NCBI GenBank assembly: GCA_963806855.1
Contig: CAWDYW010000003.1
Coordinates: forward strand, 704,001 to 768,000
Source: an uncultured Verrucomicrobiae bacterium
Lineage (GTDB): Bacteria > Chlamydiota > Chlamydiia > Chlamydiales > Rhabdochlamydiaceae
Direction: 5' to 3'
Length of the DNA stretch: 64,000 nucleotides
A program made the translations under genes and the position numbers. Below, one piece after another: positions 27,647 to 37,706 of this stretch. The first letter of the stretch is position 1, and each line of letters begins with the position of its first letter. The notes below the pieces were generated by a model, which was given only the letters and a program-made list of their open reading frames with translations, made no database searches and was not told the origin of the DNA.

Positions 27647-28267
27647 ATGCCAACTTCAATTAAAGTGACCAGCCCAGCAGGGGTATGTTGGGAAAAACCG
27701 CTTACTCAAGGAGAGTATAAAGAGCTCAAAAAGATCGGTTTTGATGGAAGAGACCTTCTTGGGATATTCTCTGCAGCTGCAAAGCCGGTAAGAACGAATA
27801 ATTGGACCAATTTTTCAAAAGATTTTTTCCTACCCACTGTGGTCACCTTTGTCTCAGTTATCAGTTTTACCATAGAAGAACCTGCAACGGTAGGTAAAGT
27901 GGCCATTTTAGGATTAAATTTGATTCTGCTCGTGGCTGCATTGGGATTGGATCTGATGACATTTCCTATTCGTCTAATCACATGTATTCCTCGTGCCATT
28001 TACAACGCTCAAGCTCAGCCGATTCCATTCCACCGGTACTTAATCGAGCAAGGGGTCGATCAAAAGTTCTTTGAGGAGGGGCAGGTCATCGTCAATTTAC
28101 AACGAGAGAAGCTCAGCAGGGAGCCTACGAAGCAATATATTAATTTTTTTGGATACGTTCACAAAGAGCATTCAATGGAGCAACATTGGAAAGAGTTCCC
28201 TGTCAATCTGATCGATGTTCCTGCGAGTTATGACTCATTCTGGAGAGGGGGACGCCATTCTATTTAG
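27647..28267 (+). CDS. Hypothetical protein with bilobed hydrophobic region (Inc-like)
   Basis: GGAGG RBS; central hydrophobic hairpin of about 55 aa. Confidence 0.7.
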   Translation: MPTSIKVTSPAGVCWEKPLTQGEYKELKKIGFDGRDLLGIFSAAAKPVRTNNWTNFSKDFFLPTVVTFVSVISFTIEEPATVGKVAILGLNLILLVAALGLDLMTFPIRLITCIPRAIYNAQAQPIPFHRYLIEQGVDQKFFEEGQVIVNLQREKLSREPTKQYINFFGYVHKEHSMEQHWKEFPVNLIDVPASYDSFWRGGRHSI

Positions 28268-28276
28268 AAATCGATC

Positions 28277-29206
28277 ATGATTAAAGGAATCATATTTGCT
28301 CTAGCTGCCTGCTTCATTTGGGGGCTGATTTTTGTTGTCCCTGGATTCATGACGGGGTATAGCGCGCTGGAGGTCGCCCTCGGCCGCTTCACCGTTTATG
28401 GAATGGTGTCGGCATTGATCTTTTTGCGTGGGAAATCTGTTGGGCGCTGTCGATTTCCGCTGTCGATTTGGTTCAAAGCGCTCTATTTCTCCCTCTTCGC
28501 AACGCTGGGCTACTACACGTTTTTAGTGCTCGCCCTCCGCTATGCCACGCCAGCCATCTGCGCCCTCGTTTTAGGGATTAGCCCGATTACGATTGCGTTC
28601 TATGGGAACTGGAGGGAAAAGGAGATTCCGTTTAAGACTTTGATTCTCCCATCGATCCTGATTATGATTGGCCTCGTCATCATCAATCTTCCCCATTTTG
28701 GTGCTGGAGCTTCTTCATCCTTTATTCTCGGTCTTGGTTGTACTCTTGTCTCTCTGACCTCCTGGAGCTGGTATGTGGTGGCCAATTCCCGCTTTTTAAA
28801 CCGGCATCCTGAAGTGGAACCCTCCGATTGGTCGACGTTGATTGGAGTGGGGGCTCTCATCTGGGCTGTGATATTTGCATTGATTCTGAGGCTCTGTTTT
28901 GAGGGTCAGCTGCAAATTGAAAAGTATCTCACTCCGAGCGCCGAGCTGAAGAATTTCCTCATTGGAAGTGCGATTCTAGGGCTCATCTGTTCCTGGGTCG
29001 GAGCATTTCTTTGGAATCGGGCCAGTCTCTATCTGCCTGTGTCGCTTGCGGGACAGCTGACGATTTTCGAGACCATTTTCGGAGTCCTGTTTGTCTATAT
29101 GTTGGACGGGCGGTTCCCTCCATTGATGGAGGTGATTGGGATCGTTGTGCTAATGGCCGCCGTGATCTATGGCATTCGGAAATTCAAGTTCGCTGCATTG
29201 AATTGA
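28277..29206 (+). CDS. DMT/EamA-family transporter
   Basis: About 10 TM; FIWG, LWNRASLYLPVSLAGQLTIFETIFG. Confidence 0.9.
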   Translation: MIKGIIFALAACFIWGLIFVVPGFMTGYSALEVALGRFTVYGMVSALIFLRGKSVGRCRFPLSIWFKALYFSLFATLGYYTFLVLALRYATPAICALVLGISPITIAFYGNWREKEIPFKTLILPSILIMIGLVIINLPHFGAGASSSFILGLGCTLVSLTSWSWYVVANSRFLNRHPEVEPSDWSTLIGVGALIWAVIFALILRLCFEGQLQIEKYLTPSAELKNFLIGSAILGLICSWVGAFLWNRASLYLPVSLAGQLTIFETIFGVLFVYMLDGRFPPLMEVIGIVVLMAAVIYGIRKFKFAALN

Positions 29207-29948
29207 AAATTTTGACCACCCATTTCTCTGGCAGCATGCGGAGCAAGGGGACTGCAATATAATGGTAAAAAGATGAGGGGACATACCTTTTCCTTTTCGA
29301 TAAAGCAAAGTCGATCATTTTTTTGGCCAATTTTTCTTTCGTCCACATGAAAGGATAGCTCCCTCGAATTCCAGGAGTGGCTGTCGGGCCTGGATAAACG
29401 ATGGAAAATTGGTTGACACTATCCTCATAGGTCATCGATAGACATTCGAACGCTTTTGAGACCGCCGCCTTTGCCGCGCAGTAGCCAGCCCGATAGGGAA
29501 CTGCGAGAACCGCATTGAGTGAGCTGGTCAAAACGAAATTCGCCCCTCCGTTTTTCCGGCAAATTGGCTCCCAGAAGGCGACCCATCCCAATACGCCAAA
29601 ATAGCCAGTCTGGAGGAATTGCTCGTGAAGGGCGAGGTCGATATGGTTGCAGTGTTCAATCATCTGATCGCCTGTGATGCCTGCATTGAGAAAGAAGAGG
29701 GAGGGGCAGAGGTTCTTTTCCACAATTTGCTGCGAGGTTTTGGTGATATTCTCCAGCTGGGAGAGGTCGCATACTATCGGGATGAAGGCTTCCTTTAGAT
29801 CTTCTTTGATTTTGGCGAGTTTGTCAGCCGACCGGGCGACTCCAATTACCAGCCATCCCCGCTGCGCTAGATCGCGAGCGAGCGATTCCCCAATCCCAGA
29901 CGAAGCGCCTGTCACCAGGGCTACTTTGTTGTTCTTATTCACAATCAT
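29184..29948 (-). CDS. SDR oxidoreductase
   Basis: VTGASSGIG, NAG, YCAAK; real start taken as ATG 29948 rather than 30125. Confidence 0.88.
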   Translation of the reverse strand: MIVNKNNKVALVTGASSGIGESLARDLAQRGWLVIGVARSADKLAKIKEDLKEAFIPIVCDLSQLENITKTSQQIVEKNLCPSLFFLNAGITGDQMIEHCNHIDLALHEQFLQTGYFGVLGWVAFWEPICRKNGGANFVLTSSLNAVLAVPYRAGYCAAKAAVSKAFECLSMTYEDSVNQFSIVYPGPTATPGIRGSYPFMWTKEKLAKKMIDFALSKRKRYVPSSFYHYIAVPLLRMLPEKWVVKIFNSMQRT

Positions 29949-29994
29949 TTCAAATACGTCAAAGCAAATTAGAAATATATAGGATTTTTTATCA

Positions 29995-30058
29995 TGGCTG
30001 TTTTGGAGTGCAGTACAAAATAGCCACGTCCATTTTGGATAGCAGTACAAAATAGCCA
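29995..30058. promoter_or_regulatory. Tandem operator-like repeats upstream of an AAA ATPase
   Basis: TTTTGGAnnGCAGTACAAAATAGCCA at 30001 and 30033; the first is part of the dyad TGGCTGTTTTG-N10-CAAAATAGCCA. Confidence 0.65.
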
Positions 30059-30146
30059 TTCGCAACACGCGTATTATAAGGTTGTTGCAATTCGTCTTGT
30101 AAATTTTATCTGTTTGGTGTAACATATAAAAAAGTTGGTAATAGAT

Positions 30147-31286
30147 ATGAAGCGATATTGTGAGAAGTTTATTATAGGGGACCTAATGAAAAAAATGGTC
30201 TTTATTGGAGGGCCTCGCCAAGTTGGCAAAACCACTTTAGGGAAGCGGCTTCTGAAGGAAGATCATATCCATGGAGAGTATTTTAATTGGGATAAAGATG
30301 AAGATCGAAAGGCCGTGCTGAAGAAACAATGGAAGCAAGATAGCTCGCTCATTATTTTCGATGAGCTGCATAAATACCCAAGATGGAAGAGATGGATCAA
30401 GGGTGTTTGGGATTCTCGTGAAACGGATCAAACCTATTTAGTAACTGGCTCAGCGAAATTGGATGTTTATAAAAGAGGTGGTGACTCATTAATGGGCAGA
30501 TACCATTATTGGCGGTTGCATCCTCTTTCCTTGGATGAGCTGCCTGCAGGGATGAGCAAAGAGGAGGGATTTAAACGGATGCTCGCTTATGGGGGATTTC
30601 CAGAGCCATTTTTATCAATGGATGAACGAGAGGCTCGAAGATGGCGACGTGAACGCTTTGATCGCATTCTCAATGAAGATATAAGGGATTTGGAACAGAT
30701 CCGCGAAGTCCAATTGCTCCGTTTTTTTGTAGATGCTCTAAGAAATCGCGTCACTGGATTGGTGACTCTATCCAATATTGCCGCTGATTTAGAAATCTCT
30801 CCTAAAACCGCAAAGAAATGGCTAACCCTTATCGAAAAGATGTACATCAGTTTTGCCATTTATCCCTACACTAAAAACGTCCCTCGGAGCATTCTCAAGC
30901 CCCCAAAAGTCTATTTTTTTGATACGGGGGATGTCGATGGGGATGAAAGCACTCGATTAGAAAACCTAGTTGCAACTCATTTATTAAAAAGACTGCATTT
31001 TATTGAAGACTATCATGGCTATAAATGCAGTTTGCACTACATCAGGGATAAGGAAGGTAGAGAAGTTGACTTTGTCGTTGTGGTTGACGGAGAGGTGACC
31101 GATTTAATCGAAGTTAAATGGAGAGAAAAAAAGGTTTCGAGTCCATTGTTATACTATAAAAATCTACTTAATCCCAAAAGAACTATTCAGCTAGTAGGGG
31201 AACTCGACCGCTCTTTTGATCAACATGGGGTCAGAGTCACGACTCCAATCGAATATTTCCAAAATCCCCCCTGGGAAATTTCTTAA
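30147..31286 (+). CDS. AAA+ ATPase with DUF4143 domain
   Basis: GPRQVGKT, FDELHK, TGSA, GGFPE, KVYFFDTG, ENLV, EVDF..IEVK. Confidence 0.9.
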   Translation: MKRYCEKFIIGDLMKKMVFIGGPRQVGKTTLGKRLLKEDHIHGEYFNWDKDEDRKAVLKKQWKQDSSLIIFDELHKYPRWKRWIKGVWDSRETDQTYLVTGSAKLDVYKRGGDSLMGRYHYWRLHPLSLDELPAGMSKEEGFKRMLAYGGFPEPFLSMDEREARRWRRERFDRILNEDIRDLEQIREVQLLRFFVDALRNRVTGLVTLSNIAADLEISPKTAKKWLTLIEKMYISFAIYPYTKNVPRSILKPPKVYFFDTGDVDGDESTRLENLVATHLLKRLHFIEDYHGYKCSLHYIRDKEGREVDFVVVVDGEVTDLIEVKWREKKVSSPLLYYKNLLNPKRTIQLVGELDRSFDQHGVRVTTPIEYFQNPPWEIS

Positions 31287-32161
31287 CCTGGATTGCGTGG
31301 GATTTTAACAGTGCAAACGCCTTGTTTGTAAACGCAATCAAAAATAGTTCCTTGGCCATCTGTATAAGTCATCGGCCCCTCTAGGATATTGTTTTCCCAG
31401 CTTCCGCAAAAGATTTCTTCAGTATCCTTATTATAATAAGTGCCTTCGCCCTGCTTGAGATTATTTTCAAAAGATCCAATGTGCATATGTCCAGAAAGGA
31501 ATTTGGTTTGCCCCTGTCCATGCATATAACCTTCTTTAAATTCGCCTATATAATACTCCCTTCCATTAGGCGAAATTAATACACCCTCGCCATGACGTTT
31601 GCCATTTTTGAACTGCCCTCTATAAAAGCCAGAAGCATCCTGAAGCTGTCCTATACCTTTGACAAATGCGCCCATCTCCCATTGTCCTTCAAAATAATCC
31701 CCATTAGTAAAAGAGAGTTTTCCGTTTCCATTTGGCTTATTGTTTTCCCATCCACCCTCGTAAACAACCTGTTGCTTGGTTGGATAAGTAATTGTAATTT
31801 TCTTAGGAGATGTTTTATCTCCCCAGATTGCTTGCAATGTCGTCTTATCAGCAAGAATATATTTCCCTTGCCCAAACGGGATCCCTCTTTCAAATTGGCC
31901 GATATAGACGTTGCCATCTGCATATCTCAATTCTGCAAATCCACTAAAGTTATCGGGGGCCTTTCCATTAAAAATAATGTAGGGTGCGACTTTCTTTTCT
32001 TTAAGATCGTGAGATCGATCAGGCGCACCATGATTTCCAGTCTCTTCTAAGGTCCTTTTACGGACTTCTACGGCTTTATTTCTTGATGCGTCTTGATCTG
32101 CTTCAGGGAGTTTAAATTCTTGGCGTTGATGATTCTCTAGTTCAGCTCTTTTAATAAACAT
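31283..32161 (-). CDS. MORN-repeat protein
   Basis: Repeats of YxGx(F/W)xxGxxxGxG; promoter TTGACG-17-TAAAAT at 32218-32190. Confidence 0.9.
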   Translation of the reverse strand: MFIKRAELENHQRQEFKLPEADQDASRNKAVEVRKRTLEETGNHGAPDRSHDLKEKKVAPYIIFNGKAPDNFSGFAELRYADGNVYIGQFERGIPFGQGKYILADKTTLQAIWGDKTSPKKITITYPTKQQVVYEGGWENNKPNGNGKLSFTNGDYFEGQWEMGAFVKGIGQLQDASGFYRGQFKNGKRHGEGVLISPNGREYYIGEFKEGYMHGQGQTKFLSGHMHIGSFENNLKQGEGTYYNKDTEEIFCGSWENNILEGPMTYTDGQGTIFDCVYKQGVCTVKIPRNPG

Positions 32162-32347
32162 AATCTTTCCTTATTTAATTAAGGACTTAATTTTACAAAA
32201 AACAAAATTTAACGTCAATGATTTATTTATAATGCTTATTCACAATAGACTCAAACTAGATAAAAATAATATTTGACATAACTGCCGATCTGTAAATAAA
32301 ATTTTTGAGTTGATATTAATGAAAATTTATAGTATAATTATTGTATT

Positions 32348-32584
32348 ATGAACAGTATTTGTAATGTAAAATCTCCAGATATTCCGTTTTCTAATTTAAA
32401 TAGAAAGCTAAGTTTCTTCGCTTCTGCCGCAATAGGCCTTGGAATTGGCCCGGCACTGGGTACCTACATCCATGAACTTGCCCATGCGGTGGCGATGAAA
32501 ATAGTTTTTGCAAATAGTCATCCATCCATTGAGTCTGGGTTTAAGTCGGGATTTTGTTCTTATAATTTTCAAGGTCCAGCTACC
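32348..32584 (+). pseudogene. M50-like HExxH membrane peptidase, 5' part (IS-interrupted)
   Basis: TYIHELAHA; promoter TTGATA-17-TATAAT at 32310-32338; joins in frame to 34880. Confidence 0.75.
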
Positions 32585-32760
32585 GCTCAAAAAAATCTAT
32601 GCAAAGCTATGCAAAACAGCTTCACACTGATACGTCAGGCGAGCAGCGCCTCTGACGATTCACGTGTTGGGATCTCACCAACAACTTCCGGAAGTAAGGT
32701 TCTGTCTCAAGAGCTGGATTTAACGAGCTCTTGGATCGGCTTTTTGCCGTTCGAAAGTGC
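32585..32760 (-). ncRNA. Putative TnpB omegaRNA scaffold
   Basis: Right-end position; hairpins GTTGG-tgagatc-CCAAC and CGTCAG-aGGCG..CGCC-TGACG. The 5' boundary is approximate. Confidence 0.5.
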
Positions 32761-34198
32761 GCTGCAAGCGCCGTTTGAAGTTTCTTACTCAATTGACTCC
32801 AGAGTGACCATACATGCTTGTCCCGATTCCTTGCAGGTAGGGACAAGGTGACATGGCCATCTTTGCCATCAGGTATTTCACTGAGGCTTGAAGGCACTTT
32901 TTCAGAACAATCGTAAATATCTGCGGCCAATAGTTAAGGCTGCTGCTTGATGAATAGATAATCCATATCGTCTGGCAAATTTGATCCGCCCAATGATAGA
33001 GGTATAGGCTGGATTGACTTGGCTGAATGAAAACTCCTTTTTTGCTTGCTCGGGATTTGAGATGGGTGATGAATGGAGTTGTAGGCAAAAGAGGAGAGCA
33101 TGCGGGCATGGGAGGTGCTAGATTGTTTTCTCGAAGTTCAGTTTTTTTCTTTTGAAAGTCTAGATCTTCAATAATGAGGGGTTTATTTTTTCTTTCTGCA
33201 TAGGCTATCGCTGAGGCTGCGGCATCGCCAATGATCGCTCGTGTTTGATCGGAGCTTTTTCCATAGAGGTTGAAAGGAGATGACTTTTTTGGAGATGGGA
33301 TTGCCAAATCGATCTGTTTCAACCAAGGCGAAATGGTCGACGTTGATATCAAGTCCTATGACCCGTATTTTTGTTTGAGATGCAGGGTGCTGGTTCAATG
33401 TCAAAAGTTGCAAAGACACGCCACCCTTTCTCATCGCGCTATGAAACCGCCAGCTAATGGCTTTGCCTATAGGATTGTTTAAAAGGTTTAGGATTTCTTC
33501 TTTGCCGTAGTTGAAATCCACATTGGAAATGAAGAGATATTTTCCTGTTTTCCGAGGGCATCAGGCAGTCGGATGCGAAGTTGGAGTGTTCCATCTGGTT
33601 GCAGAGTTGCTGTGCAGGTTTGATTGCCGGATGTCTCATCTTTGGACCCTAAGAAAAAGAGTTCTTTTGTGCGGGCATCTTTCCAGTCTTTGCGCCATTC
33701 TTCATGTGAGGCGTACCCATTTGCTTCCAGATCAAACTGCGCACGAAAGAGTTTCTTAGATCCAAAACAGCAGCGGACGATCCCTTTTTCATGATCTTCT
33801 TCTAGTTGATGGAGTTTGTCCTCTAGGTGTTTTAGTCTTCGCTTCTTTTGATGGATGACTAGTGGGGCAGCTTTGCTTTTAATGAGTTTTTTGATTTTTG
33901 CTTGCAAGAGAGGCGATTCTCTCTTTTGATTCTGCAATTAGTCCGGGGCGTCTTTTTTTAATGGAGGCGATCTTGCCTTCGACTCTGGACTCTTAGGGCA
34001 TTGAACTGCCTGGCTGTAATCTCATAGCAAGCGAGGTAATCGTTTTTAAGCTCTCCAGGCTGCTTTTCCTGAGGCGATATCGGCAAATAGGCGATGTCTG
34101 ATATGTGTAAATAGATGAGCACACCCGAGCAAGATGTCATCTGCAGTGTGATCAACTTTAATGCGAGATTCAAACGTGCGAGTCGTTTTTGTTTCCAT
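32622..34198 (-). pseudogene. tnpB: TnpB (RuvC) with multiple frameshifts
   Basis: Fragments ITARQFNA, CFGSKKLF, GSKDETSGNQ, IGLDIN (RuvC-I) and IIEDLDF (RuvC-II) across several frames. Confidence 0.85.
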
Positions 34199-34220
34199 TA
34201 GAGTGTTCCTGCAGCTTCTT

Positions 34221-34808
34221 TTAACCTTCAAGGAGTTGTTGATTTTTCTGGCTTCTTGCACCATATAGTCTTGCAGAGAAAACGGTAATAATTTCAAGGA
34301 CGTCTTGTACAAGGTCATCTTCAAATGAGGAGCTTTCTGTTTTGTTAATGATCACGACTTCAATACCAAATTGCTCGCACAGTGAAAATATTAATTCAGC
34401 GCCGAATCGAAGTAAACGATCTTTATGTGTCAGAACGAGACGATCTACTTGGCTAAGGCAGATAGCGCGGATCAAATTCCTAAGACCCCGTTTATTATAG
34501 TTCATCCCTGATCCTAAATCTTCAATGACTTCATAGGTCCAGCCATTGGCTGCACAGAATGACTCTAAAACTTGGGTTTGACGGGTTAGGTCCTCTTTTT
34601 GATCGTGGCTAGAGACTCGTGCATACGCTAGTGTCTTTTTCTTAAAAGATTCTTTTCTTGGAGCTGCTCCTAAAAGAGTGGCCAGATTATATCGACGATG
34701 CCCATTAGCCGTCCGCTCTACTTTGATTTTACCAGATTTTTCCCATCTGCGAAGAGTGTCGCGCGAAACACCCAGTTCTTCCGCAGCTTTACCAATACTT
34801 ATTTTCAT
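34221..34808 (-). CDS. tnpA: IS607 TnpA serine recombinase with N-terminal HTH
   Basis: ISIGKAAEELGVSRDTLRRWE, YARVSS, DLGSG, HKDRLLRFG; a probable 1-nt deletion truncates the last codons. Confidence 0.93.
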   Translation of the reverse strand: MKISIGKAAEELGVSRDTLRRWEKSGKIKVERTANGHRRYNLATLLGAAPRKESFKKKTLAYARVSSHDQKEDLTRQTQVLESFCAANGWTYEVIEDLGSGMNYNKRGLRNLIRAICLSQVDRLVLTHKDRLLRFGAELIFSLCEQFGIEVVIINKTESSSFEDDLVQDVLEIITVFSARLYGARSQKNQQLLEG

Positions 34809-34879
34809 GCAAATAAATATACGCAATTATGCATATATTTAACAAGATATATGTATATTTTTTTGAGCTGCTGCGAACC

Positions 34880-35473
34880 CTTTCAAAAGTTGGAGAGTTT
34901 CTAGGACAAAATCTTAGTTGGACGGTAGTTCATGCAGCTGGACATCTATCAACTTGCCTTGCTCTCATTCCCTATTTAACAATAAAAAAATGGCCTTTGA
35001 ATTCCTTTGTTTTGAATACAATAGCTCATACTTTATTTGGGTTTTCTAAGGACCTTATTGATAGAATTTCATGGGAGATTTCCTTATATAGTCAAGGCCT
35101 TGGAAGCAATTCCGATTTTACTAAGGTTTTTAATCGAACCGGAGTTTTAGGTGCTGTGGTTTTTGCTACAGGATGTATTGGAATGGGGGTTTTGGGAATT
35201 AATAAACTCTTCAAGTCGTATCATGATAAAGATCTAATAAGGTTAAGTAGAAAAGATCAAATGATACAAGCCATCAGTTTTGCCTTTTTTACTTCTGCAA
35301 TCTTTTTTGCTTGGGATGTGATTCTGGAAAATTATCAACATCTTCTATCTATAGATCATCGGTATACTATTGCCCCAGTTTATTTCATCAACCCCGCTTT
35401 TATTGCCATAGATGCAATATTGATAAGCTGGCTAGCTGAACTATACTTATCAAATAAAGCCAGGTTGACCTAG
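34880..35473 (+). pseudogene. M50-like peptidase, 3' part
   Basis: LSKVGEFLG..VHAAG..SDF plus TM helices; in frame with 32348-32584. Confidence 0.72.
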
Positions 35474-37486
35474 GCGCCACTTCACTGCGGCGATGGTGAG
35501 TGGGATAAAGGGATTTGTGTAGGTTTTGCGCAAGCAGCGGGCCGCTTCTTTAATCGTCGCGCCAGAGCCGATGTAATCGTCGAAGAGGATCAAGGCCCCT
35601 TCTGGCACTGTCGCAAACAATTGCACTTTCATTTTCTCATGGACATTATAATGACGCTGATCGTTGTTAAGCAGCTCTCCTTGCCGTTTTTCTGGCTCTG
35701 TTTGCCACATAAGCAGATCGGAGAGGCAGGGGACGTTGAAATGCTCGGCGAGGGCTTTGGCGTAGGCTAATTGAGCCTTCCAGGTCTTGGAGGGGATGGG
35801 GACGATCGCTCCAATTGGTTTGGGGAGAGTGTCAGCCTGTTTTATTAGCAATTTGACGATTTCTGGATCGGTCTCTTCGGTCTCTGCCCGCTGGCGCATG
35901 AAGCGGGAGAAGATGGGCGTGCGCATTTTGCCATCCAAGAGGCTGAGGCCTGGCGAAATCGAGCTTGTACGGGCGCCGGCGATCGGAATGGGGCGCATCG
36001 AGAGCCACAGTTGGGCAGCGCTTGCATCGGGTAGGGCCGGAGGGGAGCTGCTCTGGCACACATCGCATCGTCCGCAGCCAGTCGCAGAAGGGTCGCCGAG
36101 GGCGTGGCGCAAGAGGGCCATGCGACAATCGGTTCGCTGCTCGGCGTAGGAGAGGATTTTGGCGAGCTCTTCGGTCTTGACTTGGTATTGGGTGGTGTAG
36201 CGGCTTAAGTCGAGTGTCTGCTCCTTTTGGTCGAGGAAATAGACTTGGGTCCCTTTGATACTCTCCTTGCGCAAGAAGTGCTGCTCGAGGAGCTCGGCGA
36301 GGACGATCGTCACGCGGGTCGGATGGAGGCCGGTGAGTCGTTTAATCGCTGTCATGTGGGGTGGCTCAGCCGCAGAGCCAACTGTCGAGAGGACTTCTTG
36401 GAAATTCTCCTCGGTGGGCAGGGCTGAATCGATGAAGTAGTCTTGCACCTTTTTGTCGGCGCTGTCGTAGAGCAAAATCCCTTCGGCTTTGAGCCCATCC
36501 CGCCCGCAGCGGCCCACCTCTTGGTAATAGGCGGTGATCGAGCCGGGGACATCGAAGTGGATGATGAAGCGGAGATCCTTTTTGTCGATCCCCATCCCAA
36601 GCGCAGTTGTGGCGGCGATCACCCGGAAGCTGTTCTGGGAAAAGGCCTCTTGGATTTTCCGCTTTTCCTCAGATTCGAGCCCTGCATGATAGGCAATGAT
36701 CGAAAGGCCGCGCGACTGGAGATAGTCGGCGACGATTTCAGCATTTTCACGGGTCGAGCAGTAGATGAGCCCCGTGCCTGCGATCTTGGAGAGGAGAGCC
36801 TCGCAGAGAGCTAGCTTAGCTGCCATGCCCTCGACTGGGATGACCGAGAGGTGGATGTTGGGCCGATCCATCTTCTCGCGCCAGACGAAAACGGATTCTG
36901 GCGCTGAGGAGAGCTGCCCGGCGATATCTTTTTCGACCCGCGCATCGGCCGTTGCGGTGAGTCCTAGAATTTTGAGCTGCGGTCTAGCCTCTTTGAGGGC
37001 GCGGCAAAACTGTAGAATGCACCGGTAGCTCGGCCGAAAATCGTGACCCCAGGTGGAGATGCAGTGGGCCTCGTCGATCACCAAAAGGTTGATCGGCAGA
37101 TGGAGCAGAAAGTCGAACCGATCGATGTGGTCGAGCTGTTCGGGGGAAGTGAAGAGGATCTGGAGCTGGCCTGCGAGGACCTTGCTGCGGGCGATCCCAT
37201 TCTCTTCCTCGGTCTGGTCGCTGTTGATCGAGGCGGCGGAGATGTGGAAACGGTGGGTCAGCTGGTCGATCTGATCGCGCATCAGGGCCAGGAGGGGGGA
37301 GACCACCAGTGTTAGGCCGCCAAGAAGGCAGGAGGGGAGCTGATAGAGGAGCGATTTCCCATAACCGGTCGGCTGGATGCAGAGGAGCCTATTGTGCTCC
37401 AAAAGGGCCTGCATCGCCTCGAGTTGGCCAGGACGGAAGGCCTCCATCCCGAACTTATCGCGTAGTAGAGTATGGAAATCGTACAT
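35450..37486 (-). CDS. RecQ-family helicase with a C-terminal ComF/PRTase-like domain
   Basis: PTGYGKSL, DEAHCISTWGHDFRP, LTATA, QEVGRCGRDG, CGRCDVC; C-terminal ILFDDYIGSGATI. Confidence 0.9.
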   Translation of the reverse strand: MYDFHTLLRDKFGMEAFRPGQLEAMQALLEHNRLLCIQPTGYGKSLLYQLPSCLLGGLTLVVSPLLALMRDQIDQLTHRFHISAASINSDQTEEENGIARSKVLAGQLQILFTSPEQLDHIDRFDFLLHLPINLLVIDEAHCISTWGHDFRPSYRCILQFCRALKEARPQLKILGLTATADARVEKDIAGQLSSAPESVFVWREKMDRPNIHLSVIPVEGMAAKLALCEALLSKIAGTGLIYCSTRENAEIVADYLQSRGLSIIAYHAGLESEEKRKIQEAFSQNSFRVIAATTALGMGIDKKDLRFIIHFDVPGSITAYYQEVGRCGRDGLKAEGILLYDSADKKVQDYFIDSALPTEENFQEVLSTVGSAAEPPHMTAIKRLTGLHPTRVTIVLAELLEQHFLRKESIKGTQVYFLDQKEQTLDLSRYTTQYQVKTEELAKILSYAEQRTDCRMALLRHALGDPSATGCGRCDVCQSSSPPALPDASAAQLWLSMRPIPIAGARTSSISPGLSLLDGKMRTPIFSRFMRQRAETEETDPEIVKLLIKQADTLPKPIGAIVPIPSKTWKAQLAYAKALAEHFNVPCLSDLLMWQTEPEKRQGELLNNDQRHYNVHEKMKVQLFATVPEGALILFDDYIGSGATIKEAARCLRKTYTNPFIPLTIAAVKWRLGQPGFI

Positions 37487-37524
37487 GGCAGAGATTATCT
37501 GTTAAAGTTAACTATTTGTCTAGA

Positions 37525-37690
37525 AACCTGAACTTTGGGTTTATCTCGCTCAGCCTCAGGGATCTTTTCGCGAAATTGACTTTGCTTTTTCTCAAAAATA
37601 GTGCCTTCGGCTATGATTTTCGAAAAAGCAAAGTCAATTTCATCGAAAATCTCTCCTGATTCTGAGGAGAGCAAACCCAAAGCTCAGGTT
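37525..37690. repeat. 166-bp imperfect palindromic element
   Basis: AACCTGAACTTTGGGTTT / AAACCCAAAGCTCAGGTT ends; inner GAAATTGACTTTGCTTTTTC / GAAAAAGCAAAGTCAATTTC. Confidence 0.85.
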
Positions 37691-37706
37691 ATAAAGAAGT
37701 TAAAAC

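Larger units (their letters stand above)
32585..34879 (-). mobile_element. IS607-family element (serine recombinase TnpA plus TnpB)
   Basis: ACC at both junctions (GG core on the element strand); removal restores the host frame QGPAT|LSKVG; TATGCAAA-like repeats at both ends. Confidence 0.9.

Noticed and set aside
29995..30058. Mini CRISPR array
   Set aside because: Only two units with a 6-nt gap and no cas genes; fits an operator better.
29949..30125. N-terminal extension of the SDR
   Set aside because: Runs through the intergenic operator repeats; the Rossmann motif begins just after ATG 29948.
32585..34879. IStron (group I intron-IS607 hybrid) or CRISPR-Cas12
   Set aside because: The element is antisense to the host gene, only about 70 nt precede tnpA (no room for an intron core), and there is no array.
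34829..34879. Independent start of a 214-aa gene
   Set aside because: These codons lie in the IS end; the ORF is the 3' half of the split peptidase.
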